The notes: generated from the letters alone by a model not told the origin. Positions 51,226 to 60,396 are shown, counted from the stretch's first letter. The stretch: DNA of 64,000 nucleotides from Nannocystales bacterium (GCA_050633305.1 JBOEGF010000018.1:704001-768000); one strand, 5' to 3'. Made by a program: numbers and translations.

Positions 51226-51912
51226 TTAGCCGCAGGTCACGATGCCGTCGCCGCCCGCGGTTCCGAGCGAACCATCGGAGCAGCTCACGACGCAACCGCC
51301 GAGCAGATCGCAGTTGTTCACGGTGCAACCCCCCGCCGGGCAGTTCACGACGCAGGAGGTGGAGCCGTCGCACTCGACGTCGCATGCTTCGGCCGAGTCA
51401 CACTCGACGTTGCAGGGTGCGTTGGCAGGGCACGCGACCGCGCAGTCTGAGGACTCCGCACAGTTTACCGCGCAGCCCAGGTCGTCGGCGCAGGTCATCT
51501 CGCATGTGTCCTCGGCCTCGCACAGGCATTGGTTTTCGACGTCACAGGTTCCGGCTCCATCGGTGTCGAAGCCCGTGTCGTCGGTATCGAACCCACCGCT
51601 CGAACTCGAATCGCCGCCTTCGGTGTCGCCGACATCGGTGTCGGTGCCCGCCTCAGAGTCGGACGCACTCTCCGAGTCCGAGGCGCTGTCGGAGGCGGAC
51701 TCGGATGCCGAGGCGGAGTCGCTGTCGGTCGCCGAGGCCGTGGCGCTGTCCGAGGCGCTGTCGGTCTCCGCGTCGCTGTCTGAGGCCGAGGCGCTATCGG
51801 AGGCGGAACCCTCCGTTCCTGCGATACCGTCGTCGTCGTCCGTGGTTTCGATGATGCAAGCGGGGGTCAAGCTGAGGGCAGCAAACAGGGGAGCAAGGCG
51901 GAACAGGTTCAT
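51226..51912 (-). CDS. Lipoprotein with Ser-Asp/Ser-Ala repeat stalk and Cys-rich repeat domain
   Basis: Lipobox TPAC; SASDSASASDSD...; C-x5-C-x3-C repeats like 48032-48496. Confidence 0.82.
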   Translation of the reverse strand: MNLFRLAPLFAALSLTPACIIETTDDDDGIAGTEGSASDSASASDSDAETDSASDSATASATDSDSASASESASDSASDSESASDSEAGTDTDVGDTEGGDSSSSGGFDTDDTGFDTDGAGTCDVENQCLCEAEDTCEMTCADDLGCAVNCAESSDCAVACPANAPCNVECDSAEACDVECDGSTSCVVNCPAGGCTVNNCDLLGGCVVSCSDGSLGTAGGDGIVTCG

Positions 51913-52015
51913 GCCCCCCACGTGCGGGGATATGGAGGGGCCGGGTCAACGAAACTCGGCTCCTGCGACGCAACTGTGTCGTGGATCAATCGCGCCGGTC
52001 GCGGGTGAATAATCT

Positions 52016-52429
52016 TCAGGCAAGGGCGTCGCGCAGGCGTTGAGCGAGGGCCGCACCCGCCGCGCTGTCGAGGTTCCCCGCAGGCCATCGGAGCCCGAGT
52101 CCAGCAACATCGTCGGGCTTGGGGATGATGTGGAAGTGCACGTGGAACACCGCTTGGTGAGCGCCGGCTCCGTTGTTCTGAAGGACGTTGTACTCGTCGC
52201 ACCCCGAGACCTCCATCACGGCTCGGGCGAGCCGCGGAAGCACGCGTCCGATCGCCGCGGCGGCATCGTCGTTGAGCTCGTGCAGCTTCGCCTTCCGCTC
52301 CTTGGGGATCACCAGGGTGTGGCCTTTGGACAGCGGCCCGATGTCGAGGAACGCGAAGACGTGGTCGTCCTCGTAGACCTTGTGGCAGGGGATCTCACCG
52401 TCGAGGATCTTGTCGAAAATCGTGCTCAT
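52016..52429 (-). CDS. HIT family nucleotide hydrolase
   Basis: TIFDKIL.GEIPC.KVYEDD, GHTLVIPK, QAVFHVHFHIIP. Confidence 0.95.
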   Translation of the reverse strand: MSTIFDKILDGEIPCHKVYEDDHVFAFLDIGPLSKGHTLVIPKERKAKLHELNDDAAAAIGRVLPRLARAVMEVSGCDEYNVLQNNGAGAHQAVFHVHFHIIPKPDDVAGLGLRWPAGNLDSAAGAALAQRLRDALA

Positions 52430-52496
52430 GGCCGTTGCAGCGAGGATGGAGGAGGGGGGGCTCGTTGTCGAATCCGCCGTTGTTATGCTCGCGGCG

Positions 52497-53063
52497 GTGA
52501 ATGAGCGCAGATTGCTGATCCTCGCCGCCGTGGGGGCCTCGGTCGTCGCCTACGTGGTTTATGCGCTGCTTTCGAGGAATGTGGCTGCGCCACCGGAGTC
52601 CGAGCCGACGCGTCCCGGCGCAGGTGCGGTGGAGGCCGCGCGCGAGGAGCCCAAGGAGAAGCGTCGCCCTCGGATGCCCGCGAAGAAGGCGGTTCTTCCC
52701 GGCAAGCCGTCGGTCGCACCACCGCCAGGCGGTCCCCCGCCCCCACTGCCCATGCCGGACATCAGTCTCGATGAGGCGCGGGAAGACTACAGCGACTTGC
52801 TCGCCGAACTCGAGCGCGAGCTGCAGCGGAACAAGGACACCGGAAAGGCGCTCGCCAACAAGCATTGGGTCGAGTACTACCGCCGCGGCCACGAGGTCAT
52901 GACTCCGTTGCGTCGCTATCTCAGCATCGGCAGCGAGGAGGGCAAGACGGAGGTCGCGGGTATGGACGAGGAACTCCGCGACATCATGGGCAAGCTCCAG
53001 ACCGACCCCGCCGACCTCGAAGAGGACCGCCCGAAGCTCGAAGAAAACCCCGCCGAGCCATAG
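52497..53063 (+). CDS. Membrane-anchored hypothetical protein
   Basis: N-terminal TM, Pro-rich linker, helical C-terminus; TGtTATGCT 7 nt before GTG. Confidence 0.65.
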   Translation: MNERRLLILAAVGASVVAYVVYALLSRNVAAPPESEPTRPGAGAVEAAREEPKEKRRPRMPAKKAVLPGKPSVAPPPGGPPPPLPMPDISLDEAREDYSDLLAELERELQRNKDTGKALANKHWVEYYRRGHEVMTPLRRYLSIGSEEGKTEVAGMDEELRDIMGKLQTDPADLEEDRPKLEENPAEP

Positions 53064-53075
53064 GCGCAGACGCCA

Positions 53076-53547
53076 CAAGCCCGCCCAACCGCGACGCCAC
53101 GCAGTCGTTTGCGGGCACCGGAGTCGCAAACGCGACGAGCAACCCCAACCGAGCGCGATGCCGCGCAGTCGTTTTGCGGCCGCCGGAGTCGCAAACGCGA
53201 CGAGCAAACCCACCCAAGCGCGACGGAGCGCAGTCGTTTTTGCGGCCGCCGGAGTCGCAAACGCGACGAGCAAGCCCAACCGAGCGCGACGCAGCGCAGT
53301 CGTTTTGCGGCCGCCGGAGTCGCAAACGCGACGAGCAAACCCACCCAAGCGCGACGCAGTGCAGTCGTTTTGCGGCCGCCGGAGTCGCGAACGCGACGAG
53401 CAAGCCCACCCAAGCGCGACGCCACGCAGTCGTTTTGCGGGCGCCGGAGTCGCGAACGCGACGAGCAAGCCCACCCAAGCGCGACGCCACGCAGTCGTTT
53501 TGCGGCCGCCGGAGTCGCGAACGCGACGAGCAAGCCCAACCGGGCGC
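53076..53547. repeat. Tandem array of 7 x 64-66 bp hairpin-forming units plus a partial unit
   Basis: Units start gcagtcgttt at 53101, 53165, 53230, 53296, 53361, 53426, 53491. Confidence 0.95.
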
Positions 53548-53560
53548 CCACCAGGGGGTG

Positions 53561-53698
53561 AAGCGAAGGGGGCTACGCCCCCGCAGCGAGGGGGACTGTG
53601 AAGTCCCCCTCTAAAAACAACTGCGAGAAGCGAAGGGGGCTACGCCCCCGCAGCGAGGGGGACTGTGAAGTCCCCCTCTAAAACCACTGCGAGAAGCC
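53561..53698. repeat. Two tandem 67-bp copies of a REP-like double-hairpin element
   Basis: aagcgaagggggctacgcccccgcagcgagggggactgtgaagtccccctctaaaa at 53561 and 53628. Confidence 0.9.
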
Positions 53699-54361
53699 GA
53701 CCGCGATGCTCGTGGAGAGCGTGGTGTCTCGATACCGCCAGCTCGCGGACGTCGCGTCCGCCTGCGCACCGGGATCTGCGAGCGGACGGGCGAGGTTCCA
53801 GCGCTGGTCGAGCCCGAGCTTGGCGTCGAACGAGATCGTCTCCGTCACGAACACGTGGGTCCCGAAGCCTACGCCGAGCATCGGGTACCAAGTTCGGGGT
53901 CCAACCGCACGGACGCCATCGTCCGCGGCCCGCAAGGTGTTGGAGCGTCCCGCGCCAACGCGGACGTAGGCAAACGGCCGGACATTGCGGTCTCGTGCGA
54001 AGAACACCTGCGCGAACGGGCTGAAGCCGCCGCGGATGGTGATCTCTTCGCCTCGGGGCTCCACCGCCCAGTCGAATCGACCGCCGATCGCGAGCCACTC
54101 GCTGAGCGCGAAACTGGCAGAAAGACCGCCTGGGATGCGGCGGTAGCCGAAGACGCCCGCCTCCTGGTCACGCAGCCAGAGCTCGCCCTGGGCCTGCGGC
54201 GTCAGCACCGTCCCTTGGATGTAGGCGGCTTCCAGGTCAAAGGCGATGCGACCGCGGTTCGCGACATCACCGGACCCCGGCATGGGCGAGGGCTTGGCTT
54301 CGGCGACTGCGGGGCTCACGAGGAGCGTACATCCGACGACCCAACCCCAACCACCACGCAT
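53678..54361 (-). CDS. Outer-membrane beta-barrel (OmpA-like 8-strand) protein
   Basis: Signal peptide AEA; VRPFAYVRVGAG, LGVGFGTHVFV; C-terminal WF. Confidence 0.7.
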   Translation of the reverse strand: MRGGWGWVVGCTLLVSPAVAEAKPSPMPGSGDVANRGRIAFDLEAAYIQGTVLTPQAQGELWLRDQEAGVFGYRRIPGGLSASFALSEWLAIGGRFDWAVEPRGEEITIRGGFSPFAQVFFARDRNVRPFAYVRVGAGRSNTLRAADDGVRAVGPRTWYPMLGVGFGTHVFVTETISFDAKLGLDQRWNLARPLADPGAQADATSASWRYRDTTLSTSIAVGFSQWF

Positions 54362-54455
54362 GCCCCAATCATAGCGCCACAAGCCGGCGGTAGGGGCGGC
54401 AAGCGTGCATCTCGCGTTCAACACGCGTCCCGAACGCGCTATCACTGCGCAACGC

Positions 54456-56681
54456 ATGAGTGAGATCGACGGATCCTTCTCCGGAGAGACGCTGGATCAA
54501 GCGTTCCTGCAGATGTTTCGAGCGGCGGAACCAGACCCCAGCTCGGAGGCCGGGGACCGCCTCGCTTCGGTGCTGACGCCCGAGGAAGCACTCGCGATCT
54601 TCGACGCCCAGCTGACCAGCCGACACATCGACTTTGCGGCCTTGGCGATGCGAGAGCGCGGCAAGGGCTACTACACCATCGGATCGTCGGGGCACGAGGG
54701 CAACGCCGTGGTCGCGGAGGCGCTGCGGCCGACCGACCCTGCGCTGCTGCACTACCGGTCGGGGGCGTTCTTCCTCCGCCGTGCGCAGCAGCTCGAGTAC
54801 ACCAGCGCGGCACACGACGTGTTGCTGGGTGCCGCGGCTGCTCGGGATGAGCCGATCTCGGGCGGGCGTCACAAGGTGTTCGGCAGCCGCTCCATGGCGG
54901 TGCCGCCACAGACCTCGACCATCGGTTCGCACCTGCCTAAAGCGGTCGGGATGGCGTTCCATCTCAAGCGGGCGGCACGGCTGGGTCTCAACGAGGATAT
55001 CCCGGCGCGGTCCGTCGTGATGTGCAGCTTCGGCGACGCCTCCGCCAACCACTCGACCGCAACCGGGGCATTCAACGCGGCGGGGTACATCGCCCACCAG
55101 AACATCGATCTGCCGTTGTTGTTCGTGTGCGAGGACAACCGCATCGGGATCAGCGTTCGCACGGCGCCCGGCTGGATCTCCCGGCGGTTCGGAGCCAAGC
55201 CGTACCTCAAGTACTTTCAGGCGGACGGCTGCGACTTGATCGATGCGCTTCGCACCGCCCGAGAAGCCGCCGACTTCGTTCGGAACTCCCGCAAGCCGGC
55301 GTTCCTCCACCTCGACGTGGTTCGGCTGTTCGGCCACGCAGGCTCTGACGTGGCGCTTGCGTATCGAACCGTCGAAGAGCTTCGCGCTGAGCTCGCCCGC
55401 GACCCGGTCGCGAGCACGGCCAGGTTGCTGCTCGATGCAGGGATCCTGCACCGAGATGAGTTACTCGAGCGCTACGAAGCGAAACGTGCCGAGGTGGCGG
55501 CGCTGGCCGAAGACTCGATGGCGCGCGAGGGGCTACGGGATGCCGAGGAGGTCATGCGACCGATCAGCCCACGTACGCCTGAAAAGGTCTCGGTCGAGCT
55601 CGGTCGAGCGGTTGAACCTGACGTGCGGCGGGAGTTTTGGGGCGCCCGGTTGCCCGAAGAGGGGGGGCCGCTCGCGCTCTCCGGCCACATCAACCGCGCC
55701 TTGGGCGATGCGCTCGTGAAGTACCCCGAGGTTGCGATGTTCGGTGAAGACGTCGCGAAGAAAGGGGGCGTGTACGGGGTGACCCGCGGTCTGCTCAAGC
55801 GGGCAGGAGGGGTTCGTGTCTACGACACGTTGCTGGATGAGCAGACCATCCTCGGACTCGCGATCGGGGCCGCACAGGTCGGCTGCATTCCGATCCCCGA
55901 GATCCAGTACCTCGCGTACTTGCACACGGCCGAAGACCAACTCCGCGGCGAGGCGGCGTCGCTCCAGTTCTTCAGCCAGGCTCAGTTTCGCAACCCGATG
56001 GTCGTCCGGATCGCGGGTTACGCGTACCAAGCCGGTTTCGGCGGGCACTTTCACAACGACAACTCGATCGCGTTGTTCCGAGACATCCCGGGCATCATCA
56101 TCGCCTCTCCCAGCAACGGTCCCGACGCAGCCGCGATGATGCGGACGTGTCTTGCGTCGGCAAGGGTCGACGGTTCGGTGTCGGTCTTCCTCGAGCCCAT
56201 CGCCCTGTACCACACCCGCGATCTCCACGAAGAGGGCGACGGCCTGTACGCGGCGCCGTACGATCCGAATGGCACCGAAGTCCCCCTGGGCGTTGGCAAG
56301 ACGTATGGCGAGGGAGAGGACCTCACGCTGGTGAGCTTTGCGAATGGGGTCCGCATGTCTCGGAGAGTCATGCGGAAGCTGGAGGCGCAAGGGATCCGGG
56401 CCCGGGTCCTGGACCTCCGTTGGATCGCCCCGCTGCCCGCCGAGGATCTTCTTCGGGAGGCGATGGCAACCGGGCGGGTGCTCGTGGTCGACGAGACGCG
56501 CCGCAGCGGCGGTGTCTCCGAGGGCGTGTTCGCGTCACTCATCGACAATGGCTTCAAGGGCTCGATGTCCCGTGTCGCGGCGGAGGACACGTTCATTCCG
56601 CTCGGCCCGGCCGCGGACCTGGTGCTCGTCACCGAGGACGACATTGAGGCCGCCGCGCTCGAGCTGATGTCGCGCGGCTGA
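54456..56681 (+). CDS. Fused E1 alpha/beta 2-oxoacid dehydrogenase-like TPP enzyme
   Basis: YTIGSSGHE, LHYRS, SFGDASANH, EDN.IGIS; FGEDV..KGGVYGVT, LLDEQTILG, EIQYLAY, VVDE. Confidence 0.9.
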   Translation: MSEIDGSFSGETLDQAFLQMFRAAEPDPSSEAGDRLASVLTPEEALAIFDAQLTSRHIDFAALAMRERGKGYYTIGSSGHEGNAVVAEALRPTDPALLHYRSGAFFLRRAQQLEYTSAAHDVLLGAAAARDEPISGGRHKVFGSRSMAVPPQTSTIGSHLPKAVGMAFHLKRAARLGLNEDIPARSVVMCSFGDASANHSTATGAFNAAGYIAHQNIDLPLLFVCEDNRIGISVRTAPGWISRRFGAKPYLKYFQADGCDLIDALRTAREAADFVRNSRKPAFLHLDVVRLFGHAGSDVALAYRTVEELRAELARDPVASTARLLLDAGILHRDELLERYEAKRAEVAALAEDSMAREGLRDAEEVMRPISPRTPEKVSVELGRAVEPDVRREFWGARLPEEGGPLALSGHINRALGDALVKYPEVAMFGEDVAKKGGVYGVTRGLLKRAGGVRVYDTLLDEQTILGLAIGAAQVGCIPIPEIQYLAYLHTAEDQLRGEAASLQFFSQAQFRNPMVVRIAGYAYQAGFGGHFHNDNSIALFRDIPGIIIASPSNGPDAAAMMRTCLASARVDGSVSVFLEPIALYHTRDLHEEGDGLYAAPYDPNGTEVPLGVGKTYGEGEDLTLVSFANGVRMSRRVMRKLEAQGIRARVLDLRWIAPLPAEDLLREAMATGRVLVVDETRRSGGVSEGVFASLIDNGFKGSMSRVAAEDTFIPLGPAADLVLVTEDDIEAAALELMSRG

Positions 56682-56736
56682 AGCGTCCGCCGTTCACGCG
56701 GTACCCGGGGGCCTGTGGCGGGCTATCCTGTCGGCT

Positions 56737-57840
56737 GTGGAGCACTCCGAGCCACAACCGGGTGCTCACGCGCCGCACGCTCCCGGTCCGTTGGAATCGC
56801 CGGCGGTGGACGTTCCGCCGGACCCTCCCGCGGGGCGATTCGCCAGGTACGGCCGTCTTTTGTGGTGGCTCCACTCGGTGTACGCGCTCGGGCTCGGCAT
56901 CGGGGTCCTGATGTTTGCCCGCAAGGGATTCGGGCACGCTCGGTGGCTCGCGATTTCGCTGGGGACGTTGTGGATCGTCCTGTTGGTGTTCTTCCGCTGG
57001 TTCGGAGGCCGGGCAGGTGCGCCGCAACAGCGCAACGCCAAGATCAAGTTCTACGTGATGACCTATGTCCTGAAGAATCTCTATCAGGGCATGTTGTTCT
57101 TCCTCTTGCCGTTCTACTGGCGCTCGGCGGTCTACGGGGCATCCAGCCAGTGGTTCGTCGTGGTGCTGGGTGTGTGCGCGCTGTTGTCCACGCTCGACGT
57201 CGTATTCGACCAAGTGTTGATGCGGTTCAAGCTCGCCGCGTCGGTCTTCTACTTCCTCACCCTGTTCTGTTGCCTGAACCTGGTCATCCCCGCCATGTTC
57301 CCCAACACGCGGAGTCTGGTCACATTGGTGGCCGCGGCGGTCATCTCCGCGCTCGCGTTTTGGACCATGCACATCCCGGTTCGGTTCCTCGGGCGTCCCG
57401 CCGTCGTCGCGCTCCTGGTCATCTGGAGCGCAGGGTCTTTGGTCGGGGCGTACTTCGGCCGATCGTATGTCCCACCGGTCGCGATGCACGTTGCTTCGGG
57501 CGCCGTCGGACCCGACCTGCTCGACGACGGTCGCCTGTCGATCGAAGCCACCCGGATGCACCACGCCTTGATCGAGGACACCTTGCACGCGGTGACCGAT
57601 GTGTCGATTCCCGGTGGCAAGGGAGACACGCTCACACACGTGTGGAGGAAGGACGGCGCGGTCGTGCATCGGTTCGAGGATGTCGATGCGGAGCCTGCTG
57701 GCGTCGTGGGGCAGGTTCGCCTGTCGTCCTCGTTGGGGCCCGACTGGTGTCCTGACGATCGGGTGGGGCAGTGGTGGGTGGACGTCGAGACGACCGACGG
57801 TCAACTCGTGGGTCGAGTCGCGTTTGAAGTCACGCCGTGA
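56737..57840 (+). CDS. Membrane protein with C-terminal DUF2914 domain
   Basis: Multiple TMs, FFLLPFYWRS; LTHVWRKDG...GQWWVDVETTDGQLVGRVAF. Confidence 0.8.
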   Translation: MEHSEPQPGAHAPHAPGPLESPAVDVPPDPPAGRFARYGRLLWWLHSVYALGLGIGVLMFARKGFGHARWLAISLGTLWIVLLVFFRWFGGRAGAPQQRNAKIKFYVMTYVLKNLYQGMLFFLLPFYWRSAVYGASSQWFVVVLGVCALLSTLDVVFDQVLMRFKLAASVFYFLTLFCCLNLVIPAMFPNTRSLVTLVAAAVISALAFWTMHIPVRFLGRPAVVALLVIWSAGSLVGAYFGRSYVPPVAMHVASGAVGPDLLDDGRLSIEATRMHHALIEDTLHAVTDVSIPGGKGDTLTHVWRKDGAVVHRFEDVDAEPAGVVGQVRLSSSLGPDWCPDDRVGQWWVDVETTDGQLVGRVAFEVTP

Positions 57841-57889
57841 TGCACGACGAAGTCACCGTGCGGACACGCGGGCTGCGTAGACTGTCTTC

Positions 57890-59008
57890 ATGATGCGTCG
57901 CTTCTCGGTCGCGTTCACGCTCCTGCTCGCGTGCGCTGCACCTGGACCCGCCGCGCCTGGGAACTCCACGAGCCCCCAGGTCGCCCCCTCTCGGCCCCGG
58001 TTGCATCCAACGGCACCGTTGAGCACGGTTGTGTTCGGTTCGTGTCTCGACCAGTCTCGGCCGCACCCGATCCTCGGAGATGTGGTCGCCGCCGACCCCG
58101 ACCTTGTCGTGTTGCTGGGCGACAACGTCTACGCAGATGCGGGCGTCGAGGCCGATCTCGAGCGCGCCTATGCGGGACTCGGGGACAGTCCGGGGTTCCG
58201 GCGGATGAGCGCGGCCGCTCCGATTCTCGCGGTGTGGGATGACCACGACTACGGCCGCAACGACGTGGGTAAGGAGTTCGAGCTCAAAGAGGCGTCGAAG
58301 CGCATCATGTTGGACTTCTTCGCCGAACCGGCGGACTCGCCACGGAGGCAACGACCGGGGAACTACGATGCGGTTGTGGTGGGGCCGCCGGGGCAGCGCG
58401 TCCAATTGCTGCTCCTGGACACGCGGTGGTTCCGCGATCCGCTTCGTGCGGGCGGGTCGAGTCGACGGTACCTCCCGCATGAAGAGTCGGGACCAACCGT
58501 CCTCGGAGAGGCGCAGTGGACATGGCTCGAGGCTCGACTGCGGGAACCGGCCGACGTTCGGTTCCTGGTGACGAGCATTCAGCTGGAAGTCGACGAGCAT
58601 CCGTTCGAAGGGTGGGGGCTGTTCCCCGCCGAGCGACGGAGGATGTTCGACCTCATCGCATCCACCGGAGCGGGCGGTGTTGTCGTGGTCAGCGGGGACC
58701 GCCACCGGGGGGAACTCTCGTGCGCGTTCGATCCAGGGATCGGTTATCCGCTCCTCGAACTCACGGCGAGCGCCCTCAACCGGCCCAACTACAACCTCGA
58801 AGACAACCGCTTCCGCCGCCCCGGGGCTCCCTTGATCGGCGACGAAAACTTCGGCCTGGTGAAGGTCGACTGGTCGCACAGAACCCTCAGCATCGGGCTT
58901 CACGGTATTGGCGGGGTTGTGCACTTCACCTCGGAGGTGTCCCTCGATGCACTTCAGCCCGGCCGCGGGATCTCCGGGGTCGCGGATTGCCATGCGCTGA
59001 ACCAATGA
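57890..59008 (+). CDS. phoD: PhoD-family alkaline phosphatase (lipoprotein)
   Basis: FGSC, LLGDNVYAD, WDDHDYG.ND, LLDTRWFR, LGEAQW.WLE, SGDRH. Confidence 0.92.
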   Translation: MMRRFSVAFTLLLACAAPGPAAPGNSTSPQVAPSRPRLHPTAPLSTVVFGSCLDQSRPHPILGDVVAADPDLVVLLGDNVYADAGVEADLERAYAGLGDSPGFRRMSAAAPILAVWDDHDYGRNDVGKEFELKEASKRIMLDFFAEPADSPRRQRPGNYDAVVVGPPGQRVQLLLLDTRWFRDPLRAGGSSRRYLPHEESGPTVLGEAQWTWLEARLREPADVRFLVTSIQLEVDEHPFEGWGLFPAERRRMFDLIASTGAGGVVVVSGDRHRGELSCAFDPGIGYPLLELTASALNRPNYNLEDNRFRRPGAPLIGDENFGLVKVDWSHRTLSIGLHGIGGVVHFTSEVSLDALQPGRGISGVADCHALNQ

Positions 59009-59108
59009 AAAACGCACCACGGATGCGAGCGATTGGTTCGCTGCGTCGTCGAGGTGCGCTTGCAAGTCCCAGCCTTGGACGGCGGAGGGCTTGCCCTGAC
59101 GCGGTGAA

Positions 59109-59786
59109 CTAGATGCCCGCGAGCGGGTCGCGAGAATCGCTGATGTCGACCTTCCGGCCGTCGTTCTTCTTCTTGCCCGTGTTGCGCGGTCGCTTCTTCC
59201 CACCGCCACCGCCATGGCCACTACGTTTCGGCGCCGCGGTGCCCTCGGGGATCTTCGTCCCTGGCGTCCGGTCGGCGCTCCCGCCCTTCGCTGCCTGGGG
59301 CTCTTGGGTGTCTTCGGGGACCGAGCTGGCGCCGATGACTTTCTCCTCGCCGACAGGCTCGGGCGCGGGTGCAGGTTTGGCCTGCTGAGTCATGTACCAG
59401 TACCCGCCACCACCGGCGGCGAGCAACGCCACGACCGCGACCGCCAGCAGTCCTCCGTTGCCCTTGGGCTTGAAGTCGTCATCCCCGTAGTCATCCATCG
59501 GCGCCATCACGGGCGGCGCGGCGGCTGGAGCGGCCGCGGCCGGGGCCATGACCGGAGCCGCGAAGGGGTCGTCTGGCGCAGCCGCGGGTGCTGCCGCCGC
59601 TGGTGGGGCTTCCGCTGGTGGGGTGTCACCGTCATCCGCTTCGGACTCGAGCGCCTCGTACAGCGTCGCAATCTCCTCTTGGATTTGCGGCGGAACGGGT
59701 TCACCGGCCGCTTCGTGTTGGGCCTTCTGCGCCTCGAGAGTCTCGAGTCGGGCAAGGGACTGTTCGATCCACGCCTCGTCGGTCAT
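59109..59786 (-). CDS. Bitopic membrane hypothetical protein
   Basis: Acidic helical N-terminus, Ala/Pro linker, one TM, basic C-terminus ending DPLAGI. Confidence 0.65.
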   Translation of the reverse strand: MTDEAWIEQSLARLETLEAQKAQHEAAGEPVPPQIQEEIATLYEALESEADDGDTPPAEAPPAAAAPAAAPDDPFAAPVMAPAAAAPAAAPPVMAPMDDYGDDDFKPKGNGGLLAVAVVALLAAGGGGYWYMTQQAKPAPAPEPVGEEKVIGASSVPEDTQEPQAAKGGSADRTPGTKIPEGTAAPKRSGHGGGGGKKRPRNTGKKKNDGRKVDISDSRDPLAGI

Positions 59787-59913
59787 TCGTCTGGGTTCCG
59801 TTCGTTGGGGGCAGTTGCACCCGTCCGGCGGAACTATACCGGACCGGCTCGGGTTCGCGCAGCCCCTGGGCGCGCGCTGGCCGAACGGCGCTGGGGTTGG
59901 TATTTCGGCACCT

Positions 59914-60396
59914 ATGGGAGAAGAGGCGGCACCTTCTGACGCAAAGCCCGAGGCGGACGCGGTCCCCGCGGCAGACGCGGACACGAGATCGTCGCCGACC
60001 GAGGCCAAGAGCCGCGGAAGTCGCTGGTGGTACCTCCTGCTCGTCGTCCTCGTGGTCGAGTTCTATGTCTACGGACGGCAAGGGGAGATCCAAGTCTGCG
60101 TGGGCAAACAGGGACAGCACGACTTCGCCCTGCTGGGTCAGGAACGCGGCGACTCCAACCGCTGGCAGTTTCCGCGATGCGAAGCCCGAGAAAACCTTGG
60201 GCTTCGCTCGAACTTCGACGAGCTTGTGGAAGACGCGACCAAGAGCGCCTGCCGCGGGCAGACGATGCTCCGAAACCGCGGCGATGGTCCGGCCTGTGTG
60301 GAGCAGGAGGACGGTTGGCAACGGCAGGTCGAGACGTCGTTTGTCCCACCGTGGGACAGTCGCTACTACGAGCACCTGTTGTGGTTCTTGTTCTAG
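59914..60396 (+). CDS. Membrane-anchored hypothetical protein
   Basis: TM WWYLLLVVLVVEFYVY; four Cys in the exported part. Confidence 0.6.
   Translation: MGEEAAPSDAKPEADAVPAADADTRSSPTEAKSRGSRWWYLLLVVLVVEFYVYGRQGEIQVCVGKQGQHDFALLGQERGDSNRWQFPRCEARENLGLRSNFDELVEDATKSACRGQTMLRNRGDGPACVEQEDGWQRQVETSFVPPWDSRYYEHLLWFLF

Noticed and set aside
52444..52460. G-rich stretch complementary to the ncRNA C-rich loop as a target
   Set aside because: It lies upstream of the likely leaderless start at 52497 and on the strand opposite to HIT, so it is probably not on an mRNA; low-complexity match
53076..53547. CRISPR array
   Set aside because: Inter-hairpin segments are near-identical rather than unique spacers, and there are no cas genes in the window
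52395..53614. Repetitive ORFs in several frames across the 65-bp array
   Set aside because: Unit length varies between 64 and 66 bp, so frames rotate; these are stop-poor repeat artefacts
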